In this document: positions 37,384-46,616 of the stretch, piece by piece
Position numbering within the stretch: position 1 is the stretch's first letter
How the letters are laid out: each line of letters starts with the position of its first letter
DNA from: Chloroflexota bacterium
GTDB taxonomy: Bacteria; Chloroflexota; Anaerolineae; Anaerolineales; UBA4823
Assembly (NCBI GenBank): GCA_029782365.1
Contig: JAKOUW010000096.1
Span: forward strand, 587,432 to 651,431
Direction: 5' to 3'
DNA: 64,000 bases
The notes under the pieces: generated by a model
The model's database searches: none
Seen by the model: only the letters and a program-made list of their open reading frames with translations
Told to the model about the DNA's origin: nothing
Made by a program: the position numbers and the translations under genes

Positions 37384-38454
37384 ATGGATGCTACAATCAA
37401 ACCAGCCCGTGCGCGCCTCGGTGAGGTTCTGCGAGATAGTTTCGTCCTGCTGTTGAAACTGGCCACCCTGGTTGGTTTTTTCGCGGCCATCTCACTTTTG
37501 TTATCCATCCAAATGAATCTGCAGGCGGCCTTTGTTGATTACCTGATGGTGATGCTCTTAGGCGCTATGGTAGGTTTCGTTGAGATCATCTCGCGCTACG
37601 CAGACGCCCCGTTTCCCACTTCCGTCACCTGGCCGGGCATCTTCTACATGCTGGTGAACGCCCTGGTGGCCGCCTCGGCCTTATGGGCGATCCGCCTGTT
37701 CAACTGGAATGTGGTGCCCGGCGCCAACGGTTCCACCGAGATCACCCGTTGGGCGCAGGTCATTGTCTCCGGGCTGGGGGCGATGGCGATCTTTCGCAGT
37801 TCGCTTTTTGTGCTGGGCAAAGAAGAGAACACCGTTTCTGTCGGCCCAAACGCCGTTCTGCAAATCTTACTGCAGGCGATCGACAAAGAGGTTGACCGCC
37901 AGCGCGGCCAGGAACGCGCCCGCACCGTGCGCCGCCTGATGAGCAAGGTTGAATTCGACAGCGCCGGCGTGATGACCGGAAACCTGATCGATATTGTGCG
38001 CAACCTGATGCAGAACCTGGGAGACGAGGATAGAAAGAAGATCGACGATTTGCGCGCCGTGGAAGGCAAAGTTCTGCTGGCTGGCATCGATCCTGAGTTG
38101 AAGAAGTATGTGCTCGGTCTGCAGTTGATGGACCTGGTGGGCGAGAATGTTTTACGCGATGCGATCACGATCATCACCGAGATTGCCAGCATGGAGAATC
38201 AAAACCGACCTGCTCCAACTCCCTCCGCTGGGAAAGCCGTTGAAGATAGCGTGCAGCTGGAAAGCTACACCTACACCACGCCAACTTCCTGGTCGGATGT
38301 GCTGAAGAACATGCCTCCCGAAAATATGCAGCCTCCCCAGCCCGAGGCCAACGCGCCGGAAGGCAATCCGCCTGTCAGCGCGCCGGCGGTGGTTAATCCA
38401 CCGCCCGCCAGCGGACCTGCGCCCAGCGCGCCCAACATCGACGCCGCGGGCTGA
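37384..38454 (+). CDS. membrane protein (about 4 TM) with cytoplasmic helical domain and Pro-rich tail, unknown function
   Basis: 356 aa. Hydrophobic N-terminal third, charged helical middle, C-terminal PPENMQPPQPEANAPEGNPPVSAPAVVNPPPASGPAPSAP. Confidence 0.6.
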   Translation: MDATIKPARARLGEVLRDSFVLLLKLATLVGFFAAISLLLSIQMNLQAAFVDYLMVMLLGAMVGFVEIISRYADAPFPTSVTWPGIFYMLVNALVAASALWAIRLFNWNVVPGANGSTEITRWAQVIVSGLGAMAIFRSSLFVLGKEENTVSVGPNAVLQILLQAIDKEVDRQRGQERARTVRRLMSKVEFDSAGVMTGNLIDIVRNLMQNLGDEDRKKIDDLRAVEGKVLLAGIDPELKKYVLGLQLMDLVGENVLRDAITIITEIASMENQNRPAPTPSAGKAVEDSVQLESYTYTTPTSWSDVLKNMPPENMQPPQPEANAPEGNPPVSAPAVVNPPPASGPAPSAPNIDAAG

Positions 38455-38626
38455 TTTCGCCCGCTTCCCCTCGCAGCCTCCTGGTCAGGGCAAAGCCAGG
38501 CGGGCGTTTAGTCATCCAACACGCTGTTGGAATGGCCAGGTGGCGGCGCGCAAGAATCTCACCCTGCCAGGCGCGCTGGCTTTCGTCTGTTCGCGCCGCG
38601 CTAAGGTATAATTGAGTCTCATTTTT

Positions 38627-40480
38627 ATGGAAAAAACAATCGTCTCTGCCCGCGAATACTGGCTTTTTTTGCGCCGTTACCTGCACGGCCGCCTCCTGTG
38701 GTCTGGCGGCCTGGGCCTGGTGCTGTTGGCCAACATTGCCCTGCAAATTGTCAACCCGCAGATCATGCGCCGCTTCATCGACGGCGCCCTGGGCGGCGGC
38801 GATTCCTTATCCACTTTGCAGAGCCTGGCGCTGGCTTTCATCGCCATCGCCATCATCCAACAGCTCATCGGCGTGCTGGCCACTTATCTGACTGAACTGC
38901 TCGGCTGGGCCGCCACCAATGCCGTGCGCCTGGATCTGGCGCGCTACATGCTCAGTCTGGATATGTCTTTCCACACCGGCCACACCCCCGGCGAGATGAT
39001 CGAACGCATCGACGGCGATGTGCTCGCTTTGTCCAATTTCTTCTCACAGTTCATCCTGCAGGTGTTTGGCAATCTTCTGCTGATCATCGGCGTGTTGATT
39101 GTTTTACTGCGTGAAGACTGGCGTGTCACGCTCTCTTTGGGGGTGTTTGTTGGCCTGACGCTGGTCATCCTGCTGCGCATGATCAACATCGCCGTGCCGA
39201 GTTGGGAAAAAGAGCGCCAGGCCAGCGCCGACCTGTACGGCTTCATCGAAGAGCGCTTGAACGGCGCAGAAGACATTCGCGCCAATGACGGTGTACCCTA
39301 CGTCCTGCACCGTTTTTACCGCCTGACGCGCGATCTGATGCGCATCACCATCCTGGCCAGCTTCCGCTGGGCGCTGGTTATGAACACCACCTGGGTGCTT
39401 TTCGCCGTGGGCAATGCCGTGGCGCTGGTGGTCAGCGCCGCCCTGTACCAGAGCGGAACCATCACTCTCGGCTCAGTTTACATGATCATTTACTACACCA
39501 ATATGATCAGTTGGCCGCTGGAGCGCATCACCCAGCAGTTCCAGGATTTGCAAAAAGCCGGCGCCAGCCTGGTGCGCATCATGGGCGTGCAAAAGATCCA
39601 GGGCAAGATCGCCGGCGAGGACGATTTCACTTCTCCCGCCCGCCCCGAACTGCCCGGCGGAGCGTTGGGCGTGGATTTCGACCAGGTCTCTTTCGCTTAC
39701 CACGACGATGCGCCGCTGGAAAAGCCTCAACCTGCCGTCCAGCCGACCGGGGCATCGCCAGCCGCCGCGCCTGCGGTGGAGGAGAGCGACATGGTATTGT
39801 GCAGTGTTGACTTCTGTCTGCGACCGGGCCGCGTGCTGGGCCTGCTGGGGCGCACCGGCTCTGGCAAGACCACCCTCACCCGCCTGCTCTTCCGCCTGTA
39901 TGACCCTTCCCACGGGGCAATCTGCCTGGGAGACCGCGACCTGCGCGATCTGCGCGTCGCAGAACTGCGCCGCCGGGTGGGCATGGTGACGCAAAACATC
40001 CAGCTCTTCCACGCCACCGTGCGCGAGAACCTGACTTTTTTCGACCCGGACATCGCCGACAAAGCCGTGCTGCAGGCGCTGGATGACCTGGGCATGATGG
40101 ATTGGCTGCGCTCCCTGCCCATGGGCCTGGACACCGAGCTTGAATCGGGCGGCGGCGGCCTTTCGGCCGGTGAGGCCCAGCTCTTGGCCTTCACGCGCAT
40201 TTTCCTGCGTGACCCCGGCCTGGTCATCCTGGACGAGGCCACCTCGCGCCTCGACCCGGCCACCGAACAGCGCATCGAACGGGCGGTGGACAAGCTGGTG
40301 CAGAACCGCACGGCGATCATCGTAGCTCACCGCCTGGGCACCGTGCAGCGCGCCGACGATATCTTGATCCTGGAGGATGGGCAGGTGTGCGAGTACGGCG
40401 AGCGCCAGGCGCTGGCTGGAGACCCACGCTCACGCTTTTATCGCCTGCTGGAAACCGGCATGGAGGAGGTGCTGGTATGA
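38627..40480 (+). CDS. ABC exporter, fused permease/ATPase (type I exporter half-transporter)
   Basis: 6-TM domain then NBD. Walker [19 protein letters not shown] signature, Walker [13 protein letters not shown]. The ATG at 38627 is preferred over the track's TTG at 38612. TATAAT at 38607-38612. Confidence 0.88.
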   Translation: MEKTIVSAREYWLFLRRYLHGRLLWSGGLGLVLLANIALQIVNPQIMRRFIDGALGGGDSLSTLQSLALAFIAIAIIQQLIGVLATYLTELLGWAATNAVRLDLARYMLSLDMSFHTGHTPGEMIERIDGDVLALSNFFSQFILQVFGNLLLIIGVLIVLLREDWRVTLSLGVFVGLTLVILLRMINIAVPSWEKERQASADLYGFIEERLNGAEDIRANDGVPYVLHRFYRLTRDLMRITILASFRWALVMNTTWVLFAVGNAVALVVSAALYQSGTITLGSVYMIIYYTNMISWPLERITQQFQDLQKAGASLVRIMGVQKIQGKIAGEDDFTSPARPELPGGALGVDFDQVSFAYHDDAPLEKPQPAVQPTGASPAAAPAVEESDMVLCSVDFCLRPGRVLGLLGRTGSGKTTLTRLLFRLYDPSHGAICLGDRDLRDLRVAELRRRVGMVTQNIQLFHATVRENLTFFDPDIADKAVLQALDDLGMMDWLRSLPMGLDTELESGGGGLSAGEAQLLAFTRIFLRDPGLVILDEATSRLDPATEQRIERAVDKLVQNRTAIIVAHRLGTVQRADDILILEDGQVCEYGERQALAGDPRSRFYRLLETGMEEVLV

Positions 40481-42327
40481 GCGAAGCCGCCCGCCCTACC
40501 TCCCCCGGCGACGCTAAAGAACAGCCGCCTGCTGGTGCCTGGCGCTATTTCGGTTCGATCATAAGCTTTTCTGGTTGGGTGTACAGCGCCATTGTGGTGA
40601 TGCGCATCTTCATCTTCGCCGGTGCGCCACAGCTCACCGGCCTGGTGATGCGTGAATTCTTCAACAGCCTGAGCGGCGCCAGCCAATGGAACTGGAGCCC
40701 GGCCGCCTTTGGCGCGGTCGTGATTGGCCTGGCCCTGGCGCGCGGCGTGGTGATCGTGGCTGATATGTATGCCCACAATCTGTACACTTTCCGCTCTGGC
40801 GCTCTCCTGCGCAAGAATTTGCTGACCCGCATCCTGGAGCGCCCGGGCGCGCGCGCCGTGCCGCAGTCGGCCGGTGAAGCGGTCAGCCGCTTCCGTGATG
40901 ACGTGGAACGCGCATCACAGTTTACCGCACAGCTCCCCTTTCTGGTCGGCATGTTTCTCTTTGCCGTCATGGCGCTGGTTACGATGCTGCGCATCAGCGT
41001 CACGGTCACGCTGGTGGCGTATGTGCCGTTTGTCCTGCTGGTGCTGGTGGGCAACTGGTGGATGAAAAGCGTGGAAAAATACAGCCAGGCCAGCCGCAAA
41101 GCCGCTGGCAAAGTCACCGATTTCATCGGAGAAGTGTTTGGCGCCGCCCAGGCCGTCAAAGTGGCCACCGCTGAAGCCAATGTCATGCGCCGCTTCGAGC
41201 GCCTGAACGAAAACCGGCGCAAAGCCGCCATCACCGAGCGGCTGTACATGACCTTTGTCGAATCCACCATCTGGAATTTCATGAACGTGATCACCGGCGT
41301 GATCCTGTTCATGGTGGCACAGTCTCTGCATGTGGGCGGGGCAGCAGTCGCTGGCAGCAGTCCGGCAATCTCGCTGGGCGATTTTTCCTTGTTCATTTAT
41401 TACCTCGGGTTCACTACCGAGTTCACTGCCTCCACCGGCGCAGTGTGGGCGATGTTCAAGCAAGCCGGCGTCTCGCTGGCGCGCCTGATCACCCTGCTGC
41501 AAGGCGCTGAGCCGCTCAGCCTGGTGCGCCACACGCCTGTGTATATGTCCGGCGAATTCCCCGCCTTGCCCTACACGCCCAAAACCGCCGCCCACCACCT
41601 GGAAAGCCTGGAGGTGAGCGGCCTGACATACCTGTACCCTGATACGGGCCGCGGCGTCGCTGAGATCAGCCTGCGGCTGCCGCGCGGCTCGTTCACTGTC
41701 ATCACCGGGCGCATCGGGTCTGGCAAAACCACCCTGCTGCGCGCCATTCTCGGCCTACTGCCCGCCCAATCCGGCGAGATTCGTTGGAACGGCCAGACGG
41801 TATACAACCCGGCCGATTTCTTCATCCCACCACGCGCCGCCTACACCGCCCAGGCGCCGGCTCTATTCAGCGAATCACTGCGTGAAAATATCCTCATGGG
41901 CCTGCCGGAAGGCAGAGTCGATATCCCTGCCGCCATCCGCCTGGCGGTGTTGGAAAAAGACCTGGCCGACCTGGAACGCGGCCTGGACACGCCCATTGGC
42001 TCCAAAGGCGTCAAGATCTCGGGCGGTCAGCGCCAGCGCGCCGCCGCCGCCCGCATGTTTGTGCGCCAGCCCGAACTGCTCGTCTTGGATGACCTTTCCA
42101 GCGCTTTGGACGTGGAGACCGAGCGCCAGTTGTGGGAGCGGGTCTTCGAACAGGCCGCCGGCGCCACCTGCCTGGTGGCCACTCACCGCCGCCCCGCCCT
42201 GCGCCGTGCCGACCAGATCATTGTGCTCAAAGACGGCCGCATCGAAGCCCAGGGCGACCTGGATTCACTGCTCGAGACTTGCGAAGAAATGCAGCGCCTG
42301 TGGCAGGGCGAGTCAAACCTGGAGTAG
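40477..42327 (+). CDS. ABC exporter, fused permease/ATPase (partner half-transporter)
   Basis: ATG 40477 overlaps the upstream stop (ATGA). Walker [18 protein letters not shown], Walker [13 protein letters not shown]. Likely a heterodimer with the preceding gene product. Confidence 0.88.
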   Translation: MSEAARPTSPGDAKEQPPAGAWRYFGSIISFSGWVYSAIVVMRIFIFAGAPQLTGLVMREFFNSLSGASQWNWSPAAFGAVVIGLALARGVVIVADMYAHNLYTFRSGALLRKNLLTRILERPGARAVPQSAGEAVSRFRDDVERASQFTAQLPFLVGMFLFAVMALVTMLRISVTVTLVAYVPFVLLVLVGNWWMKSVEKYSQASRKAAGKVTDFIGEVFGAAQAVKVATAEANVMRRFERLNENRRKAAITERLYMTFVESTIWNFMNVITGVILFMVAQSLHVGGAAVAGSSPAISLGDFSLFIYYLGFTTEFTASTGAVWAMFKQAGVSLARLITLLQGAEPLSLVRHTPVYMSGEFPALPYTPKTAAHHLESLEVSGLTYLYPDTGRGVAEISLRLPRGSFTVITGRIGSGKTTLLRAILGLLPAQSGEIRWNGQTVYNPADFFIPPRAAYTAQAPALFSESLRENILMGLPEGRVDIPAAIRLAVLEKDLADLERGLDTPIGSKGVKISGGQRQRAAAARMFVRQPELLVLDDLSSALDVETERQLWERVFEQAAGATCLVATHRRPALRRADQIIVLKDGRIEAQGDLDSLLETCEEMQRLWQGESNLE

Positions 42328-42338
42328 CCGCCCCTGCC

Positions 42339-43988
42339 TTAATCTCCTTCCACCCACAATACCTGGTAAGGAGCAAGGCTAAACCGCCGCCCCGCGGCAT
42401 GGGCTGTTTGCGCCTGGCCGGTTATGTTCTGCAAACATATCATGCGCTGATTTCCTTGCGGCGAGCGGCGCAGCACCCCGAAGATGCCTGCGCCCACATC
42501 CAGGATTTCTTGGCTGCCGTGCGGGTGAAAAGCAGGTGAGCCGGCCCTGTAGGCTAATAGTTTGCGAAAGCGCCCAAACACGCGTGCTCGCCGACTGGCC
42601 GGCTGGCTCAGCTCATTCTCCAGCTCGTCAAACGCCAGTTTTTCACGGTTGATCGAGCGGTTCCTGCCGGTGATCTGCACGCCTTCCACCCAGCCGCGCG
42701 AACCAAACAGGCTGTGGAAATAAATCCCCGGCACCCCTTTCACAGCCAGCATGATCGCCTGAGCTGCCAGGAAGCGATCGATCTGCACCTGCAGATTTTC
42801 GCCGCTGGCTGGCGCCGAAAGTGCATCGAAGTAATTGATATTCATTTCATACGGGCTCTGGCTGCCGTCAGGGTTACTTTTATAGGAGATGAACCCACCG
42901 TGATTCACTGTTTGCTGTGCCAGCGCCTGGATATCACTTTCTGTTAAGATGCCGCGCACCGGGTTAAGGCCGATGCCATCGTGCGATGCCAGAAAATTAA
43001 AAAAGGTGGTGTGCTGGGAAGGCAGCGCCAGGCCAGCGGCCCATCCTGAAAGGGCAGTTGCATCGCCGGTGCGCATGGTGTGCAGTACGAGCGGCGGCAA
43101 GGCAAAATTGTAAACCATTTGGGCTTCATCCGTGCCATCGCCAAAGTAGGACAGATTCTCCTGATGCGCCACATTGGTCTCTGTGATCAGGCTGACATGC
43201 GGAGCGGCCTGGTTCAATACCTGCCGCAGAAGGCGTATCACGGCATGGGTTTGGGGCAGGTGGATGCAAGGTGTGCCCATCTCTTTCCACAAATAAGCAA
43301 TAGCATCCAGGCGTAAGAACTGCGCTCCCCGGCTGGCGTACATCAGCAGGATATCCAGAATTTCCAACAGCACCTCTGGATTGTGGTAATCCAGGTCTAC
43401 CTGGTCGGCGCTGAAAGTGGTCCACACTTTCTGGATGCCGTCAGCCGTGCGAAATTCAGTGAGCAAAGGCAAAGCGCGCGGCCGCACCACGTTCGACAGG
43501 TCGGGCTCTCCGCTGATTGTCAGAAAGTAATCCTTGTACGGCGCTTCGCCGCGCAAAAACGCCTGGAACCAGCTCCCCTGCGCCGATGCGTGGTTGATCA
43601 CGCCGTCAAACATCAGGCGAAACAGCCTGCCCAAATGTTCAATATCTTCCCACCCGCCCAGGCCAGGGTCCACCTGCCGGTAATCCATCACCGAAAATCC
43701 ATCATCCGAAGACCAGGGATAAAACGGCAGAATGTGCATCCCGCTGACCACGCCCTTCAAACGCCGTCCGGCGAATTGCGCCAGGCTGGTGAGAGGCGCA
43801 GCGCCGGGCTGGCGCACCTGGTCGCCGTAAGTGATCAGGATGGCATCCCGCTCAGACAGCCCAACTGCGGTTGGTTTTGAAATGCGTGAACGCCAGTGGT
43901 CGATGAGCGCCGCCAGGCGCGGCGCCACCTGTGCTGATCGCTCAGCCCCATACACTGCTGTTAAAAGTTGAAGAGAAGATTCTGCCAT
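42339..43988 (-). CDS. GH13 sucrose-phosphorylase-like sugar phosphorylase
   Basis: LITYGDQV...GMHILPFYPWSSDDGFSVMDYRQVDP...FDGVINHAS...FLRLDAIAYLWK...ETNVAH...FLASHDGIG are the conserved GH13_18-type regions. Confidence 0.85.
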   Translation of the reverse strand: MAESSLQLLTAVYGAERSAQVAPRLAALIDHWRSRISKPTAVGLSERDAILITYGDQVRQPGAAPLTSLAQFAGRRLKGVVSGMHILPFYPWSSDDGFSVMDYRQVDPGLGGWEDIEHLGRLFRLMFDGVINHASAQGSWFQAFLRGEAPYKDYFLTISGEPDLSNVVRPRALPLLTEFRTADGIQKVWTTFSADQVDLDYHNPEVLLEILDILLMYASRGAQFLRLDAIAYLWKEMGTPCIHLPQTHAVIRLLRQVLNQAAPHVSLITETNVAHQENLSYFGDGTDEAQMVYNFALPPLVLHTMRTGDATALSGWAAGLALPSQHTTFFNFLASHDGIGLNPVRGILTESDIQALAQQTVNHGGFISYKSNPDGSQSPYEMNINYFDALSAPASGENLQVQIDRFLAAQAIMLAVKGVPGIYFHSLFGSRGWVEGVQITGRNRSINREKLAFDELENELSQPASRRARVFGRFRKLLAYRAGSPAFHPHGSQEILDVGAGIFGVLRRSPQGNQRMICLQNITGQAQTAHAAGRRFSLAPYQVLWVEGD

Positions 43989-44109
43989 CTCCTCTTCATT
44001 TTACCTGGAAACAGAACCCAGGCATCTGACAAAAAACGCGTTGACCTGCCAACGGGCTGCGCGGCTGCGCGGCTGCGCCTCAAATTCCTTGAGCCAGCGC
44101 ACATATGAT

Positions 44110-44820
44110 TCAGATCATCTGCACGGCCCGCTGAGCAAACAGCGTGGGCTCCTGCAGGTGCTGGTTGAATTCGAGCAGGTGACCGGACTTGTGCGCTTTG
44201 GTGTGCAGGTAAAAAGCGTTGAATGGGTTCGGCGGGATTTCCAGCGGTATGCGCCCCTGCACCGGGATGCCGCATTCAGCCATCTGCGCCAGCTTGCGCG
44301 GGTTGTTGGTCATCAGGCGGATCGACCTGACCTGCAGGGAGCGCAGCATATGCGCGGCTACGCTGAAGTCGCGCTCATCGTCACGAAAGCCCAGCGCCAG
44401 GTTGGCTTCCACCGTGTCGAAGCCCAGGTCTTGCAGACCGTAGGCGCGCAGTTTGTTGGTCAGCCCGATGCCGCGCCCTTCCTGCCGCAGGTACAGCAAA
44501 ATACCCCGCTCCATCTCGCCGATGGCGCTCAGCGAGGCCTCGAGCTGGTCGCGACAGTCACAGCGCAGTGAGCCAATGGCGTCGCCCGTCAGGCATTCTG
44601 AATGGATACGCACAGGCACATCCTCTTCATTGATCACATCCCCATGCACAAATGCGGCGTGATCTTTGCCGTCAATATTGTTCCAAAAAGCCACCGCCTG
44701 GAACTGCCCGTAGCGTGAAGGCAGGTCGGCGACGGAGGCGATGCGCGCCTGGGGTTCACTGCTGTCAAACTGGCTGCGGCTGGCATCCAGCAAAGTTTCT
44801 ATCGGGAATGTGGCTAACAT
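44110..44820 (-). CDS. ribA: GTP cyclohydrolase II
   Basis: VRIHSECLTGDAIGSLRCDCRDQL (Zn Cys cluster)...LYLRQEGRGIGLTNKLRAY...DTVEAN...DERDF...MTNNPRK. Confidence 0.9.
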   Translation of the reverse strand: MLATFPIETLLDASRSQFDSSEPQARIASVADLPSRYGQFQAVAFWNNIDGKDHAAFVHGDVINEEDVPVRIHSECLTGDAIGSLRCDCRDQLEASLSAIGEMERGILLYLRQEGRGIGLTNKLRAYGLQDLGFDTVEANLALGFRDDERDFSVAAHMLRSLQVRSIRLMTNNPRKLAQMAECGIPVQGRIPLEIPPNPFNAFYLHTKAHKSGHLLEFNQHLQEPTLFAQRAVQMI

Positions 44821-44857
44821 AGCGTTTCCTTTCCGTAATTTCCATCCACTAATGTTT

Positions 44858-44879
44858 TGTATAGATATTGTATAGATAT
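44858..44879. repeat. tandem 11-bp direct repeat (TGTATAGATAT x2) in AT-rich ribA upstream region
   Basis: Read directly. It lies 38 nt upstream of the ribA start. On the minus strand each unit contains a TATACA -10-like hexamer. Confidence 0.6.
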
Positions 44880-45142
44880 TCTTATTATACGTGTTGCATC
44901 TTTTTTGTCAAGATTATTTCATTAAGAAAATGTAATCTGCGCCAGATCTGCTTCCGCGACTTTATCGTTCCTGCAAGGTGCGCGAAAATATTGATCATAT
45001 ATACGTTGCCCGCTGAAAATTGGATTTATTGAATCACGAAATTCCAAGAAATTCATCATGGTACAATCGAAATGCGATCATTTCTGCTGTTGAGCGCAGA
45101 AAAATAATAAAATTTGCACAAGAAATGACCCTGGGCGCGCCG

Positions 45143-45919
45143 ATGAACCAAATGACCTTTTCCAATAAACAGGGCTGGGACGGCCTGGCAGAGACTCATT
45201 ACAAGAATTACCATATCCAGACCCTGCTGGATGGCAAACCACTCCTGAATGAGCTGATCAGAAATGAAGTTGGCGATGTGCGCGGCAAATCGCTGGTGCA
45301 TTTGCTTTGCCACATCGGCAGCGACACCCTTTCCTGGGCGCTGTTGGGCGCGGAGGTCACCGGCATCGATATTTCGCCGCTGTCGTTGAAATATGCCCGC
45401 CAGTTGGCAGAGCGCTTGGGGATTCAAGCGGAGTTTATCGAAGCGGATGTCATGGAAGTGATGGAGAAGGTCGACCGCAAATTCGATATCGCCTTTTCTT
45501 CCACCGGCGTGCTGTGCTGGATTCCCGACATCCGGCGCTATGCGCAGACCGTGCGCTATCTGCTCAAGGACGGCGGTTTCTTTTACCTGTTCGACGGCCA
45601 TCCATTTCGCAGTGTGTTGCTTGACCCCGCCGGAGAGGCCAGCGATCACCTGCAGGGTGACTACTTCCGAAAGGAAGTTTGGCGTTATGAAAACATGGGG
45701 GATTACACCGAACCAGATTTGAAAATTCCGCTTCCATCTTATGAATGGAATTGGACGATGGGGGAAATTGTCACCGCTTTTTGCGATGCAGGCATGCGCA
45801 TTGTTTTCCTGCACGAGTACCCGCAGTATTTTTACAACGGATACACACCGTACGACGTGCAAAACGATCAAGTGGAGTTGTTTCCTTGCACCTTCAGCCT
45901 CCGAGCTTCAGCGGCCTGA
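45143..45919 (+). CDS. class I SAM-dependent methyltransferase
   Basis: GKSLVHLLCHIGSDTLSWALLGAEVTGIDIS (motif I)...FDIAFSSTGVLCWIPD...LLKDGGFFYLFDGHP. The frame is open from 45020. The start is uncertain (ATG 45125, 45143 or 45152). GC is visibly lower than in neighbouring genes. Confidence 0.8.
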   Translation: MNQMTFSNKQGWDGLAETHYKNYHIQTLLDGKPLLNELIRNEVGDVRGKSLVHLLCHIGSDTLSWALLGAEVTGIDISPLSLKYARQLAERLGIQAEFIEADVMEVMEKVDRKFDIAFSSTGVLCWIPDIRRYAQTVRYLLKDGGFFYLFDGHPFRSVLLDPAGEASDHLQGDYFRKEVWRYENMGDYTEPDLKIPLPSYEWNWTMGEIVTAFCDAGMRIVFLHEYPQYFYNGYTPYDVQNDQVELFPCTFSLRASAA

Positions 45920-46147
45920 TCCACACGCGCCTGGCAAGTTCCTCAGGCCGATCAGCCATCTTCCTGAGTCTGGACCGAACCTAGAAAAGTCCTCGGTGGG
46001 CGCGTCCACTAAGTTTTCTTTCCGTTTGGCTGTCGAAGGCGCAATCTTGAAGTCGTGCCTAGCTCAGCAACCAGGCCGGTTTCCAAGCCGCCAAGAAATG
46101 CGCATTGAAATCACGGTCAATCCAATGTAGCAGGTTCTATGATTAAT

Positions 46148-46189
46148 CCACTACCCTCCGTGTGCATGCGCATGGACGGAGGGCAGTGG
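46148..46189. terminator. strong hairpin (14-bp arms, one mismatch), possible terminator for the minus-strand small ORF
   Basis: CCACTACCCTCCGT (46148-46161) pairs with ACGGAGGGCAGTGG (46176-46189). It lies 20 nt downstream of the small-ORF stop. There is no clean U-tract, so intrinsic-terminator status is uncertain. Confidence 0.35.
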
Positions 46190-46208
46190 TTGTTACATCT
46201 TTCCCGGC

Positions 46209-46325
46209 TCAGGCGGGTTTCCTGGCAGGCAGTTTACTCTGTTGCTGTTGTTTTTTCTTTTCCACCTGCTGCTGCTTTTGTTTATCAGATTTGTTTTTAT
46301 CCTTTTTGCCGCCTTTATCTCCCAA
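46209..46325 (-). CDS. candidate small ORF (38 aa), extremely Lys/Gln-rich
   Basis: My own translation: (M)GDKGGKKDKNKSDKQKQQQVEKKKQQQQSKLPARKPA*. TTG start 6 nt after GGAGG (46332-46336). Minus-strand promoter-like TTTCAA-17-TATAAT, with the -10 at 46399-46404. Hairpin downstream. Too short for the supplied track. Confidence 0.3.
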   Translation of the reverse strand: MGDKGGKKDKNKSDKQKQQQVEKKKQQQQSKLPARKPA

Positions 46326-46616
46326 AGCATGCCTCCTTTGATGATCCACAACCTTGTGAGGTCGGAAAAGGCAGCCGTGCGCCGCCTTGTATCTGCATAT
46401 TATAGTCTCATTTCACCAAAATTGAAACACATTGACTTTGCTGTTGGCGAGCACCCATTGATGCGAGCAGATTCACCCCAAGATTCACCCCATTTGGGGG
46501 GGAGACTTTCCACCTGAATATCCGTTATTATACGATCATTCCAAAACATGAATTGCCATCGGGCTGAAGCTGGTTCAACGGATAAATGCCTGGTCAACGC
46601 TTCAAAGGAGACAAAA

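Noticed and set aside
40545-41598. Minus-strand ORFs of 283 and 227 aa
   Set aside because: They are antisense to the second ABC exporter gene. They are shadow frames.
44821-45019. FMN riboswitch upstream of ribA
   Set aside because: The region is AT-rich and lacks the conserved GC-rich multi-stem core expected for an FMN element.
45056-45871. 271-aa minus-strand ORF
   Set aside because: It is antisense to the methyltransferase gene, which has a clear SAM-binding motif I. No motifs of its own.
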